64,000 nucleotides of DNA from Eledone cirrhosa (Eukaryota). The position numbers and the translations under genes are program-made. Of the stretch, positions 13,640 to 28,503 are shown piece by piece (position 1 is the stretch's first letter; the number at the start of each line of letters is the position of its first letter). The notes below the pieces were generated by a model. It worked only from the letters and a program-made list of their open reading frames with translations. It was not told the DNA's origin and did no database searches. The stretch spans positions 3,038,001 through 3,102,000 of the forward strand of contig OZ024748.1 of NCBI GenBank assembly GCA_964016885.1. The letters run 5' to 3'.

Positions 13640-14100
13640 ATATATATATTTGTGTGTTTCTTTATCCACGCTTAAAATCATATATATATATACACACATA
13701 CATACACGTATATATTCTTTCAATATTTTCTTTATTTCATTTCAGTTTCTGTTTTGTCTTTGTCTTTTATTTTGTGTGTGTTCATTTTCATTTAATTTTT
13801 ATAGGTTTGTGTTTTTGTTTTGTTATTTGTCTTTGTTAGGTTTTTTTTCTAGTAATTTCTTTCTGAGTGAATATCTGAAGCTGTCTTAATAGGACTCCTG
13901 TCTGTGTTACAGGTGTTGTAGTGTAGTCACCTTCCAGAGGCTGAGGCAGTGCAGTCACCTTCCAGAGGCTGAGGCAGTGCAGTAAACACAACAGGACACA
14001 TGTCCTTTTCATGTACTTACTTGTAGCTCAACAAATTTAAACAATTTCATACGTAAACTCATACAAACAGACGTACATACATAATACATACGGACATGAT

Positions 14101-14152
<52 letters not shown>

Positions 14153-14156
14153 TTGG

Positions 14157-14280
14157 GTGAAGGCGTGTGGCTGAGTGGTTAGAGAATTGGATTCGCAATC
14201 GTGAGGTTGTGAGTTCGATTCTCAGACCAGGCGATGCGTTATGTCTTTGAGCAAGACACTTTATTTCACGTGCTCCTTCT
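14157..14280 (+). mobile_element. tRNA-derived SINE, family 2
   Basis: TGGCTGAGTGG (A box), GAGTTCGATTC (B box), TTGAGCAAGACACTTTATTTCAC core. A related copy at 44469-44615 sits at the edge of the RTE fragment; another is at ~19515-19640. Confidence 0.8.
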
Positions 14281-14647
14281 ACCTGGAGTTGCGACCGATA
14301 GATAATATTAGCAATTGGAAAGACCAATGGAAACATTGTTTCCTCGGTCCGATTTGACGAAAGTCGATCGTTCCTATATATACTTGGTACTATTAAATAT
14401 ATATATATGTATATATATGTATACATGGTACTATTAAATATATATATATGTGTGTGTATGTATGTATACATGATACTATTAAATATATATATATATATAT
14501 ATATATATGGGTGTGTGGGATGTTTATATATATACACACACACAAGCCAGACATGTTAAACTTTCTTTTCTGTATCCAATATAAAAACTTTTTTCTACCT
14601 CTGTTTGTTGTCTCCTTGAAATATATATATATAAATATATATATATT

Positions 14648-14693
<46 letters not shown>

Positions 14694-14699
<6 letters not shown>

Positions 14700-14774
14700 A
14701 CCTGATGAGATCGCCTTGTCTTATATCATAATTGTATGATGGAGCTGAGTTATCGAAATATGTATAGTGCTTTC
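14694..14774 (+). ncRNA. Degenerate hammerhead-like motif
   Basis: CTGATGA(14702-08), GAT..ATC stem base with a long insert, GAAATATGTATA, partial stem I. Confidence 0.45.
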
Positions 14775-14831
14775 GCGGGATTATAATTCTGAAGTAAATT
14801 TTCCTGTCCAGCCTTCTGCTACTGTTTAAAT

Positions 14832-14889
<58 letters not shown>

Positions 14890-16071
14890 CGGAACAAAAC
14901 CACGGTTTAAGCACCAATTTGTAGGTGAAATTATATTTTAGTTTCAAAATGTACTTTAATGTACTTTAAAAAACAGTTTCAAAATTAAGTGTGACCATTT
15001 CTTAAGATAATTATTTTCATTGAAAGACACTTCCTTAGCTTGAGCGCTTTCTTACAAAGTTAAAATTGTCACTGTTATATAGAATCGAACCTTCATTCCG
15101 TTGTTGGTTAACTTCATTTTTAACGACACCACCAATCTGTTGAAAGCATGCTGACAATCCCACTGTCATGTCATTTCAAAGATAACATGTACCATATTAT
15201 TCAATGTGTCATATAACCTCGATCCACCGCCAGTGAGAGAGAGGAACGAAAGAAAATATATTGTAAATATGATAAATGACAAACATAAAATCTATGTTAG
15301 AACCAAGCTTTATTTATCTATATTTCCCAAACGTAAAGCCAATACAAAATGGCGATGACAACAGCAGTTCGTTCACTGTTGCAGTAAAGCTTATTTCAGT
15401 AACTAATCCTTATCGTGTTGTCTCTGAAATTGTGACGAAAGTTCCTCAACCGAAAGAAAAAACATAGCTGTCACAAACCAGCTGGGAATAGCCGTAAAGA
15501 AAGAGATTGACATAAAGTGCATCATGTAACATTACAAACATAATCCTCATTCTCGTACCGGTTGGACATAATGTCTCTTTTCTACTTTCGTTGTTATCGA
15601 ATAGGCTGACCACACTGGTTTATCAGTAAACCTTCAACTTCTTCCATCTTAAACAATTTTGCCAACATTCCAACCGCCGCCATCACCACCACCACTACCA
15701 CTACCACCACCACCAGCAACATCATCATCAACCACATCATCGTTATGTTGTTCTTTAATATCAGAGCTTTTCTCAATTTACTTGTTTTATCCTTCTTACG
15801 GTAACTCTTAATATTTTATAGTTTCACACGTCTTATGGTTGATATTAAACTCAAAGATAGTTTATTTTAACGAAAAATATTTCTTTTAACTCCGATCGTC
15901 TGATGACAATATGAAGTCTCTAGCTGGGCTGCTTATAGCTAAAACTTCTGATCATTTCATCTTAATTTTACCTATAGCATCCATTGTCTGTTTTTATTTA
16001 CACGAAAATATTTCATTGTTATGTGATAAATTGCTTTCATTTTATTTATTATCATTATTATTATTATTATT

Positions 16072-16159
<88 letters not shown>

Positions 16160-16173
16160 TATTACTAAGTGTA

Positions 16174-16238
<65 letters not shown>

Positions 16239-17547
16239 GTATATGTGTGTTTTAATTTAGCCAAGAACATCTTTGATTTTTGTGATGTTTAAAGAAAAAA
16301 CCTATTTCTTTTATACGGTTTTAAAACTCCATTTAGGAATAAAAACGATATAAAATTAGCTTAGTATGTATTAGCGAACAATCTAACATTACAAACCATT
16401 GTATAGCTGTTTTATAGAGCAAAACAAAAAAAATACAGACACAGTGTCGAGAACATGGCATCTGACACTTTTGTTATCACTTGCTTTCCTTCCAGATGGC
16501 AATTCTCTCATTCAGCAAGTCGTTAGCTTTAACTAGTTCTAAATGCAGATAAAAATAAGATTTCATTAACATCAATAAGCCTTTTATGAGACTAATAAAA
16601 CGATCGTTATATAAATAAAGTAAATTGTCCCATTCAGAAGGACTCTGATACTATATTGACTACAATTTACTGTTGAATGGCCTATAAATACAATTATGAT
16701 TTTTCCGACCGTGAACGATCGATGCTACGCACAAAGAATTTACATCAAGTTCTCATTCGTATTTGGAAAGAGGCGGTAATGAAACAATCAATCAAATCAA
16801 TGTTTATTTTCAGATTAATTTGCCATTATAAACTGATAACTTTTTTATTTTTTGTTTGTGTTTTTTTTTGTTTTTTTTTGTTGTTGTTTAACGTTCACGA
16901 TCCTCCCATTATTACTTGCTTTCATTATCGTCTGCTTCTTCTATTCATCTTGTTCAACGTCTGCCTATTTGACTGCCATGTTTGTTAAACGCCGCCGTCT
17001 GTCTATTCGACTACCTGTTTCTGATTTGTTTGCTTGTTTGCTTAGTCTCACCTTGCTTCTGTGTGATTTATTTATTTAACGACCATGTTGCATGTTAATA
17101 TGTTTATCGTCTGCTAGTTTGCTAGTTCCTTGCGGCTTCTACGTATGATACCTCTACGTATTTGTAATTTCTCTATATAAGCGCTAACATTTTATTGTAT
17201 TAAATTATATAACATTTTCTACGTCTGGAATTTCACTATAACAATTTAATCTGATACCCGTCTACTCTAGTTCAATAATTTTTGCATAGTTAATTGAAAC
17301 CCATCTAATATGTGAATCTTACAGCAGAGATCTGTCAGATTGTCTCAACATTTTTTTCTCAATATTTGAATCTAACAAATCTGATCATCGGTCTTTCTAT
17401 ATATATATATGTGTGTGTGTGCATATATATTTTAAATATATTAGATAGATGTCATGCTTAAGGAAAGATTCTTTTAGATGCATATATACATATATATAAA
17501 TAAATATATATATATACACACATATATATAAATAAATATATATATAT

Positions 17548-17618
<71 letters not shown>

Positions 17619-17625
17619 CATACAC

Positions 17626-17727
<102 letters not shown>

Positions 17728-17974
17728 TCACATCTCTACATCCATACACATATATATATATAAATGTAATGACAACAGTGTTGTCTATCTGTCTATTCGG
17801 TCTGACATCTATCTAATCTGTAAATCAACTTGCTCCCCCCCCCTCACCCTCCCTCCCTCACCCTCTTTAGTTTTGTTTATTTGTTTTAAAAAAATCTGTC
17901 CAAATATATTATTCCGTTCTTTCTTATTTTGATTGATGTTTTCTACTTAACAGACGTATATATACATATGTGTG

Positions 17975-18007
<33 letters not shown>

Positions 18008-18130
18008 GTGTGTATACATATGGGTGTATATATATATATAAGTATGTGTGTATGTATATATATATGTGTGTGTGTATAGAAATGTATATATACATGTGTG
18101 TATGCATATGTATCTATATATACATGTATG

Positions 18131-18161
<31 letters not shown>

Positions 18162-18367
18162 ATACAAGGTGTTCCGAAAAATTTATACACACTTCAACAG
18201 CATTGTAATCAAAGTGCGTATACATTTTTGGGAGGACACCCCTCTATATAGATAGAAATATGTATATATATATAAATGTATATATACATATATATGTGTA
18301 TGTATATATATAAATGTATATATATATACATATATATATATATATAATATATATATATATATATTAT

Positions 18368-18467
<100 letters not shown>

Positions 18468-19705
18468 ATTATATATATATATATATATAATATATATATA
18501 TACCTTTCACCGTTTTTCATTCTATTAAATTGTCACCTTCCTTTATTTTTCTATTAAATCCTTTATTATTATTATTATTATTATAGCATCATAAATCCCG
18601 CCGAGGTTGACTTTGCCTTTCAACCTTACGGGTCGATAGAATAAAGTACCAGTAATACACTGGGATAATTGTTGGCCTTGTGCCAAAAGTAGAAACAATT
18701 ATTATTATTATAGCATAGTTACGTCCCTTAACGATCTGAGTTCAAATCCCGCCGAGGTTGACTTTGCCTTTCATCCTTGCGGGGTCGATAAAATAAAGTA
18801 CCAGTAATGCACTGGGTAATTGCTGGCCTTGTGCCTAAAGTAGAAACGATTATTGTTATTATTATTCAATTTACCATTTATTATTATCTCCCCTAACATA
18901 TTCATTAATCTGTCATGTCTTCCTGTCTCTCTAGCCTGTCTTATTAACATTTTTTTAATTTCATTTTTTGGGGGGAAGGGGGGTTGCTTTTATTTTCTAT
19001 TCTATTTTAATTTATTTTATTTTTCTAACTTATTTTATTTGTTAATATCTTTTTATTTTATTTTACTGTCTTATTACTTTTATTTAATTTTTTATTTTAA
19101 TTTTAATTTATTTTAATTTTGAATTTCAAATTTGCTTTATTTTTTCAATTGGCAATTGTCTTGTAAGTTGTTTCCTTCATATTTGAATTTATTTCTTTTC
19201 ATATATATATATATTATTTTTTTTTTACCCCTTTATTTTAATGTCTTTCCACTCCCCCCCCCCCCTCACACCCTCTCGGAACTCTTTTCCTTCCCACCTG
19301 TCCCCCGATGAAGGGCTTATGCCCGAAACGTCGTCGCCCCACCGCACCCTCCCCACTCTCAAGCGAGAACCTAATACCAACACTGTTCGTACTGCACTGG
19401 AGGAGGAGGAGAATATAGATAGGAAGGGGGGGGGGGGCCTGCAACAACTCTCAGAGATGACTACTTCTGGTGACGAATAAGAATTCTGATAAACGTTTGT
19501 CAGTGTACACAGGGAAGTTCGTGAGTTCGATTCCCGGACCAGGAAGCAACACACTTTATTTCACCTTTCTCCAGTCCACTGAGAGGTACACGTGTCTGTG
19601 GAGTGCTCTGCCATGTACCCGTTAATTTCACGAGCAGGCCCAGACGTTAATACAATATACGTTTACATACATATATATATTTATATATATTTATATATTA
19701 CCCGG

Positions 19706-19914
<209 letters not shown>

Positions 19915-20033
19915 TTATATATATATATGATATTGTACTTTGTAAAGTGTGTTTGCACTATGTTCTGTATATATATATATATATAGTGATAAAACAAGGA
20001 CGATTGGTTACTCCTGCATTACATTTATTGGTT

Positions 20034-20118
20034 GGTGACGTGCGTTTCGCCACTGATCTGCTCAAGGTTCGATCTGTATCAATCTAGCCCGACTCTGTAA
20101 TCCACGGCTCGTCAGACC
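20034..20118 (-). ncRNA. Hammerhead-like motif with canonical core
   Basis: Minus strand: GGT-CTGACGA-GCCG..(long insert)..TGGC-GAAA-CGCACGTC-ACC. GTC triplet; AATAAA a few nt downstream; flanked by (TA)n and (TG)n. Confidence 0.6.
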
Positions 20119-20125
20119 CCTTATA

Positions 20126-20162
<37 letters not shown>

Positions 20163-20528
20163 TGGGTGCAGTATATGTATGTGTGTAGTCACTGTACTGT
20201 ACTAGTGTGATGTGTATACTGTATGTTGTACGTCTGTATTGTATGCGTATGTATATATGCATGTATGTATGAATGTATGTTGTATGCATGTGTCTAGTAT
20301 ATGTGTGAGTGTGTGGTGAGATCTAGATGTTTGTGTCTGTGTTTGTATGGAGGGAAGATCTAGGTGGGTGTGTGTGTGGTGTGGTCTAGGTGTGTGTATG
20401 TGTGTATGGTGAGATCTAGCTGCGTGTTTGTGTGTGTGGTGTGATGTAGGTGTGTGTATGGGTGTGTTCTAGGTGTGTGTATGTGTGTGTGGTGAGATCT
20501 AGCTGTGTGTATGTGTGTGTGGTGAGAT

Positions 20529-20575
<47 letters not shown>

Positions 20576-20783
20576 GAGATCATCTAAGTGTTTACTTTGA
20601 TCTCCCAACTAATAGAGATCCTCAACTGAAGAAGATAAAAAGTTTAGAGAAGAAAAGAATCGAGAAAAGGAATCACTTTATTTCTTTAATCAGACGTAAC
20701 GAGAGAAAGAATCTTTAGTTTTTTATGAATATGTGTGTGGCTGTATATGTATATACATGTATATATATGTGGCTGTATATATG

Positions 20784-20819
<36 letters not shown>

Positions 20820-20857
20820 CTTCTGTTCCTTCTTTTACCTCTTCAAACATGGACTTA

Positions 20858-20889
<32 letters not shown>

Positions 20890-20956
20890 CTATACATACA
20901 AAATATATTTATACGGTATCTATATATATTATATACATACAAAAAATATATATATA

Positions 20957-21020
<64 letters not shown>

Positions 21021-21022
21021 AC

Positions 21023-21076
<54 letters not shown>

Positions 21077-21309
21077 TTTATAGCGCCATAATACTTACAG
21101 ACGCTTGTGATAAATCACGAAAAATACATGTGTATATATATATACATATATATATACATATATATATATATGGGAAGATCGGTATATAGTGATCATAAAG
21201 TAATGATATTTTCCATTACTGTGGCCCTTCTTTTGTTGGTGAACATCTTCCTGCAAAAGGTCTTGATTTTATATTTTATCTATATCTATTAAATTCATAC
21301 ATGATACAT

Positions 21310-21351
<42 letters not shown>

Positions 21352-21354
21352 ATG

Positions 21355-21387
<33 letters not shown>

Positions 21388-21616
21388 CCGCGCGTGTGTA
21401 TCTATCTAAGTCTCTCTCTCTATATATATATATATATATGGGCGCGTGTATGTATATAAGTATATAAGTATATATGTGTGTATATGGATTACTTCATATT
21501 TAGTAGTGTACTTAAAACAACATTATTTATTTGTTTGTATATTTTGAGCCATAAATTTACCTTTTGCGTTATATAGGATAATGAGGAGGGACAAACGTAA
21601 TTGGTTGAGGCATTGG

Positions 21617-24600
21617 ATGGTGGTGGTAGTGGTGGTAGTGGTGGTGGTAGTGGTGGTGGTGGTGGTGGTAGTAGTGGTGGTGGTGGTGGTAGTAGTGGTG
21701 GTAGTGGTGGTGGTGGTAGTAGTGGTGGTGGTAGTGGTGGTAGTGGTGGTGGTAGTGGTGGTGGTGGTGGTGGTAGTAGTGGTGGTAGTGGTGGTGGTGG
21801 TAGTAGTGGTGGTGGTAGTGGTGGTAGTAGTGGTGGTGGTGGTAGTGGTGGTGGTAGTGGTGGTGGTAGTGGTGGTAGTGGTGGTGGTAGTGGTGGTGGT
21901 AGTGGTGGTAGTGGTGGTGGTAGTGGTGGTGGTGGTAGTGGTGGTGGTGGTGGTAGTAGTGGTAGTGGTGGTAGTAGTGGTGGTGGTAGTGGTGGTAGTG
22001 GTGGTGGTGGTGGTGGTGGTAGTGGTGGTAGTAGTGGTGGTGGTGGTAGTGGTGGTGGTAGTGGTAGTGGTAGTGGTGGTAGTGGTGGTGGTAGTGGTGG
22101 TGGTAGTGGTGGTAGTGGTGGTGGTAGTGGTGGTGGTGGTAGTGGTGGTGGTGGTGGTAGTAGTGGTAGTGGTGGTAGTAGTGGTGGTGGTAGTGGTGGT
22201 AGTGGTGGTGGTGGTGGTGGTGGTAGTGGTGGTAGTAGTGGTGGTGGTGGTAGTGGTGGTGGTAGTGGTAGTGGTAGTGGTGGTAGTGGTGGTGGTAGTG
22301 GTGGTGGTAGTGGTGGTAGTGGTGGTGGTAGTGGTGGTGGTGGTAGTGGTGGTGGTGGTGGTAGTAGTGGTAGTGGTGGTAGTAGTGGTGGTGGTAGTGG
22401 TGGTAGTGGTGGTGGTGGTGGTGGTGGTAGTGGTGGTAGTAGTGGTGGTGGTGGTGGTGGTGGTAGTAGTGGTGGTGGTGGTGGTGGTGGTAGTGGTGGT
22501 AGTAGTGGTGGTGGTGGTGGTGGTGGTGGTAGTGGTGGTGGTGGTGGTGGTAGTAGTGGTGGTGGTGGTAGTGGTGGTGGTGGTGGTGGTAGTAGTGGTG
22601 GTGGTAGTGGTGGTGGTGGTGGTGGTGGTGGTGGTGGTGGTGGTAGTAGTGGTGGTGGTGGTGGTGGTGGTGGTGGTGGTGGTGGTGGTGGTAGTGGTGG
22701 TAGTAGTGGTGGTGGTGGTGGTGGTGGTGGTAGTGGTGGTGGTGGTGGTGGTGGTGGTGGTAGTGGTGGTGGTGGTGGTGGTAGTAGTGGTGGTGGTGGT
22801 AGTGGTGGTAGTAGTGGTGGTGGTGGTAGTGGTGGTGGTGGTGGTGGTAGTAGTGGTGGTGGTGGTAGTGGTGGTAGTGGTGGTAGTAGTGGTGGTGGTG
22901 GTGGTGGTAGTGGTGGTAGTGGTGGTGGTGGTGGTGGTGGTAGTGGTGGTAGTAGTGGTGGTGGTGGTGGTGGTGGTAGTGGTGGTAGTAGTGGTGGTGG
23001 TGGTGGTGGTGGTGGTAGTGGTGGTGGTGGTGGTGGTAGTAGTGGTGGTGGTGGTAGTGGTGGTGGTGGTGGTGGTAGTAGTGGTGGTGGTGGTAGTGGT
23101 GGTAGTAGTGGTGGTGGTGGTAGTGGTGGTGGTGGTGGTGGTAGTAGTGGTGGTGGTGGTAGTGGTGGTAGTGGTGGTAGTAGTGGTGGTGGTGGTGGTG
23201 GTGGTGGTGGTGGTAGTGGTAGTAGTGGTGGTGGTGGTGGTGGTGGTGGTGGTGGTGGTGGTGGTGGTGGTGGTGGTGGTGGTGGTAGTAGTGGTGGTGG
23301 TAGTGGTGGTGGTGGTGGTGGTGGTGGTGGTGGTGGTGGTAGTAGTGGTGGTGGTGGTGGTGGTGGTAGTGGTGGTAGTAGTGGTGGTGGTGGTGGTGGT
23401 GGTAGTGGTGGTAGTAGTGGTGGTGGTGGTGGTAGTAGTGGTGGTGGTGGTAGTGGTGGTAGTGGTGGTAGTAGTGGTGGTGGTGGTGGTGGTGGTAGTG
23501 GTGGTAGTAGTGGTGGTGGTGGTGGTGGTGGTAGTGGTGGTAGTAGTGGTGGTGGTGGTGGTGGTGGTGGTAGTGGTGGTGGTGGTGGTGGTAGTAGTGG
23601 TGGTGGTGGTAGTGGTGGTGGTGGTGGTGGTAGTAGTGGTGGTGGTGGTAGTGGTGGTAGTAGTGGTGGTGGTGGTAGTGGTGGTGGTGGTGGTGGTAGT
23701 AGTGGTGGTGGTGGTAGTGGTGGTAGTGGTGGTAGTAGTGGTGGTGGTGGTGGTGGTGGTAGTGGTGGTAGTAGTGGTGGTGGTGGTGGTGGTGGTGGTG
23801 GTGGTGGTGGTGGTGGTGGTGGTGGTGGTGGTAGTAGTGGTGGTGGTAGTGGTGGTGGTGGTGGTGGTGGTGGTGGTGGTGGTGGTGGTAGTGGTGGTGG
23901 TGGTGGTGGTGGTGGTAGTGGTGGTAGTAGTGGTGGTGGTGGTGGTGGTGGTAGTGGTGGTAGTAGTGGTGGTGGTGGTGGTAGTAGTGGTGGTGGTGGT
24001 AGTGGTGGTAGTGGTGGTAGTAGTGGTGGTGGTGGTGGTGGTGGTAGTGGTGGTAGTAGTGGTGGTGGTGGTGGTAGTAGTGGTGGTGGTGGTAGTGGTG
24101 GTAGTGGTGGTAGTAGGTGGTGGTGGTGGTGGTGGTGGTAGTGGTGGTAGTAGTGGTGGTGGTGGTGGTGGTGGTGGTGGTGGTGGTGGTGGTGGTGGTG
24201 GTGGTGGTGGTGGTAGTAGTGGTGGTGGTAGTGGTGGTGGTGGTGGTGGTGGTGGTGGTGGTGGTGGTAGTAGTGGTGGTGGTGGTGGTAGTGGTGGTGG
24301 TGGTGGTGGTGGTGGTGGTGGTGGTGGTGGTGGTGGTGGTGGTGGTGGTGGTGGTAGTGGTGGTGGTAGTGGTGGTGGTGGTGGTGGTGGTGGTGGTGGT
24401 GGTGGTAGTAGTGGTGGTGGTGGTGGTGGTGGTGGTGGTGGTGGTGGTGGTGGTGGTGGTGGTGGTGGTGGTAGTAGTGGTGGTGGTGGTGGTGGTGGTG
24501 GTGGTGGTGGTGGTGGTGGTGGTGGTAGTAGTGGTGGTGGTGGTGGTCGTGGTGGTAGTGGTGGTGGTGGTAGTGGTGGTAGTAGTGGTGGTAGTAGTGG

Positions 24601-26840
24601 TGGTGGTAGTGGTGGTAGTAGTGGTGGTAGTGGTGGTGGTGGTAGTGGTGGTAGTGGTGGTAGTAGTGGTGGTGGTAGTGGTGGTGGTGGTAGTAGTGGT
24701 GGTAGTGGTGGTGGTGGTGGTGGTGGTGGTGGTGGTGGTGGTGGTGGTGGTGGTGGTGGTGGTAGTGGTGGTGGTGGTGGTGGTAGTGGTGACGGTAGTG
24801 ATGGTAGTGGTGGTGGTGGTAGTAGTGGTGGTAGTGGTGGTGGTGGTGGTGGTAGTGGTGGTGGTGGTGGTGGTGGTAGTAGTGGTGGTGGTGGTAGTGG
24901 TGGTAGTAGTGGTGGTAGTGGTGGTGGTGGTGGTAGTAGTGGTGGTAGTGGTGGTGGTGGTGGTGGTAGTGGTGGTGGTGGTGGTGGTGGTGGTGGTGGT
25001 GGTGGTGGTGGTGGTGGTGGTGGTGGTGGTGGTGGTGGTGGTGGTGGTAGTGGTGGTGGTGGTGGTGGTGGTGGTGGTGGTGGTGGTAGTAGTGGTGGTG
25101 GTGGTGGTGGTGGTGGTGGTGGTGGTGGTGGTGTGGTGGTGGTGGTGGTGGTGGTGGTGGTGGTGGTGGTGGTGGTGGTGGTAGTAGTGGTGGTGGTAGT
25201 GGTGGTGGTGGTGGTGGTGGTGGTGGTGGTGGTGGTAGTAGTGGTGGTGGTGGTGGTGGTGGTGGTGGTGGTGGTGGTGTTGGTGGTGGTGGTGGTGGTG
25301 GTAGTAGTGGTGGTGGTGGTGGTGGTGGTGGTGGTGGTGGTGGTGGTGGTGGTGGTGGTGGTGGTGGTGGTGGTGGTAGTAGTGGTGGTGGTAGTGGTGG
25401 TGGTGGTGGTGGTGGTGGTGGTGGTGGTGGTAGTAGTGGTGGTGGTGGTGGTGGTGGTGGTGGTGGTGGTGGTGGTGGTGGTAGTAGTGGTGGTGGTGGT
25501 GGTGGTGGTGGTGGTGGTGGTGGTGGTGGTGGTAGTAGTGGTGGTGGTGGTGGTCGTGGTGGTAGTGGTGGTGGTGGTAGTGGTGGTAGTAGTGGTGGTA
25601 GTAGTGGTGGTGGTAGTGGTGGTAGTAGTGGTGGTAGTGGTGGTGGTGGTAGTGGTGGTAGTGGTGGTAGTAGTGGTGGTGGTAGTGGTGGTGGTGGTAG
25701 TAGTGGTGGTAGTGGTGGTGGTGGTGGTGGTGGTGGTGGTGGTGGTGGTGGTGGTGGTGGTGGTGGTAGTGGTGGTGGTGGTGGTGGTAGTGGTGACGGT
25801 AGTGATGGTAGTGGTGGTGGTGGTAGTAGTGGTGGTAGTGGTGGTGGTGGTGGTGGTAGTGGTGGTGGTGGTGGTGGTGGTAGTAGTGGTGGTGGTGGTA
25901 GTGGTGGTAGTAGTGGTGGTAGTGGTGGTGGTGGTGGTAGTAGTGGTGGTAGTGGTGGTGGTGGTGGTGGTAGTGGTGGTGGTGGTGGTGGTGGTAGTAG
26001 TGGTGGTGGTGGTGGTGGTAGTAGTGGTGGTGGTGGTGGTCGTGGTGGTAGTGGTGGTGGTGGTAGTGGTGGTAGTAGTGGTGGTAGTGGTGGTGGTGGT
26101 AGTGGTGGTAGTGGTGGTAGTAGTGGTGGTGGTAGTGGTGGTGGTGGTAGTAGTGGTGGTAGTGGTGGTGGTGGTGGTGGTGGTGGTGGTGGTGGTGGTG
26201 GTGGTGGTGGTAGTGGTGGTGGTGGTGGTGGTAGTGGTGACGGTAGTGATGGTAGTGGTGGTGGTGGTAGTAGTGGTGGTAGTGGTGGTGGTGGTGGTGG
26301 TAGTGGTGGTGGTGGTGGTGGTGGTAGTAGTGGTGGTGGTGGTAGTGGTGGTGGTGGTGGTGGTGGTGGTAGTAGTGGTGGTGGTGGTGGTGGTAGTGGT
26401 GACGGTAGTGATGGTAGTGGTGGTGGTGGTGGTAGTAGTGGTGGTAGTGGTGGTGGTGGTGGTGGTAGTAGTGGTGGTGGTGGTGGTGGTAGTGGTGGTG
26501 GTGGTGGTAGTAGTGGTGGTAGTGGTGGTGGTGGTGGTGGTAGTAGTGGTGGTGGTGGTGGTGGTAGTGGTGGTAGTAGTGGTGGCGGTAGTGGTGGTGG
26601 TGGTGGTGGTGGTAGTGGTGGTGGTGGTGGTAGTAGTGGTCGTGGTGGTGGTATTGGTGGTGGTATTGGTGGTGGTGGTGGTGATGGTGGTGGTGGTAGT
26701 GATGGTGATGGTAGTGGTGGTTGTAGTAGTAGTAGTAGTGGTGGCGGTGGTACTGGTGGTGGTAGTGGTGTTGGTGGTAGTAGTGGTGGTGGTAGTAGTG
26801 GTGGTGGTGGTAGTGGTGGTGGTTGTAGTAGTATTAGTAT

Positions 26841-26895
<55 letters not shown>

Positions 26896-26975
26896 GGTGG
26901 TTGTTGTGGTTGTAGTAGCAGTAGTAGTGGTAGCAATAGTGGTAGTAGTAGTAGTAGTGTTAGTGGTGGTGGTGA
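21617..26975. repeat. 5.3-kb (GGT/AGT)n trinucleotide array
   Basis: Direct inspection; two phase slips near 24116 and 25133. Confidence 0.97.
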
Positions 26976-27300
26976 TTATGATGATGATGATGGAAGCGGT
27001 ATTAACATCACTGTTATATATATATATACATATACACACACATATATATATACACACACACATATATATACACACACACATATATATACACACACACATA
27101 TATATATATATATATACATATACACACACACATATATATATATGTGTGTGTGTGTGTGTGTATGTATATATATATATATGTGTGTGTATATATATATGTG
27201 TGTGTGTGTATATATGTGTGTGTGTGTATATATATATGTGTGTGTGTATATATATGTGTGTGTGTGTATGTATATATATATATGTGTGTGTGTGTGTATG

Positions 27301-27349
<49 letters not shown>

Positions 27350-27631
27350 GTGTGTGTGTGTGTATGTATATATATATATGTGTGTGTATATATATATGTA
27401 CTTTTTGTTAATTCTTCAATGTGTTCATGACCGTTGAGTAATGATGGAAGGGGGTTGGTGTGAGGGGGAGGTGCTAAAGAGAGAGAATGGCGGGGGGGGG
27501 GGTTCTTCCTCTTCCTACCATCACTACTATTTGTTGTTGTTGTTGTTTGTTATCTCCCTCTTAATGTTCCCATTGCACGGATGTTGTGCACTGAGACAAC
27601 ACAAAAACATATAAATATAAACATATTATAT

Positions 27632-28278
27632 TAACAACAACAATAGCAACAACAACAAGACAACAACAACACCTAGACAACAACAACAACAAGACAACAA
27701 CAACAATAAGACAACAACAACAAGATAACAACAACAATAGCAACAACAACAAGACAACAACAACAACAAGACAACAACAACAGCTAGACAACAACAACAA
27801 CAACAAGACAACAACAACAACAAGACAACAACAACAGCTAGACAACAACAACAACAATAAGACAACAACAACAACACAGATATAAACGTATTGTGAGGTC
27901 GATAAAATAAAGTACCAGTAACGCACTGGGGTCGTTTAATCAACCCCCGCCACCACAAAAATTTGCTGGCCTTGTGCCTATATAAGAAACTATTATTTTA
28001 ACAGCAAGACAACAACAATAACAACACATCTTCTTGGCAATAACAACAACGACGACAATCGTAAGAACAATGTCAACAGCAACAGCAACAACAGCAACAG
28101 TAATAGCAACAACAACAACAGTAACAACAACAACAACAACAGCAGCAACAGTAATAGCAACAACAACAACAACAGTAATAGCAACAACAACAACAGTAAC
28201 AACATTAACAACAACAACAACAACTACAGCAGCAACACCAACAACAGCAACAGTAATAGCAACAACAACAGCAACAAG

Positions 28279-28312
<34 letters not shown>

Positions 28313-28472
28313 GCAACAGCAACAGTAATAGCAACAACAACAGCAAGAACAACAGCAATAGCAACAACAACAACAACAACAGCAGCAACAGTAATAGCAA
28401 CAACAACAACAGTAATAGCAACAACAACAACAGTAACAGCAATAACAACAACAACAACAACAACACCAACAA

Positions 28473-28503
<31 letters not shown>

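Noticed and set aside
14157-14230. tRNA genes at A/B-box sites
   Set aside because: No cloverleaf could be drawn and the boxes continue into SINE bodies.
21489-27430. 1800-1950 aa poly-Pro/Thr/Val/Gly ORFs as mucin or structural proteins
   Set aside because: They are open in several frames on both strands because of the triplet composition; there are phase slips and no signal peptide, domains or splice support.
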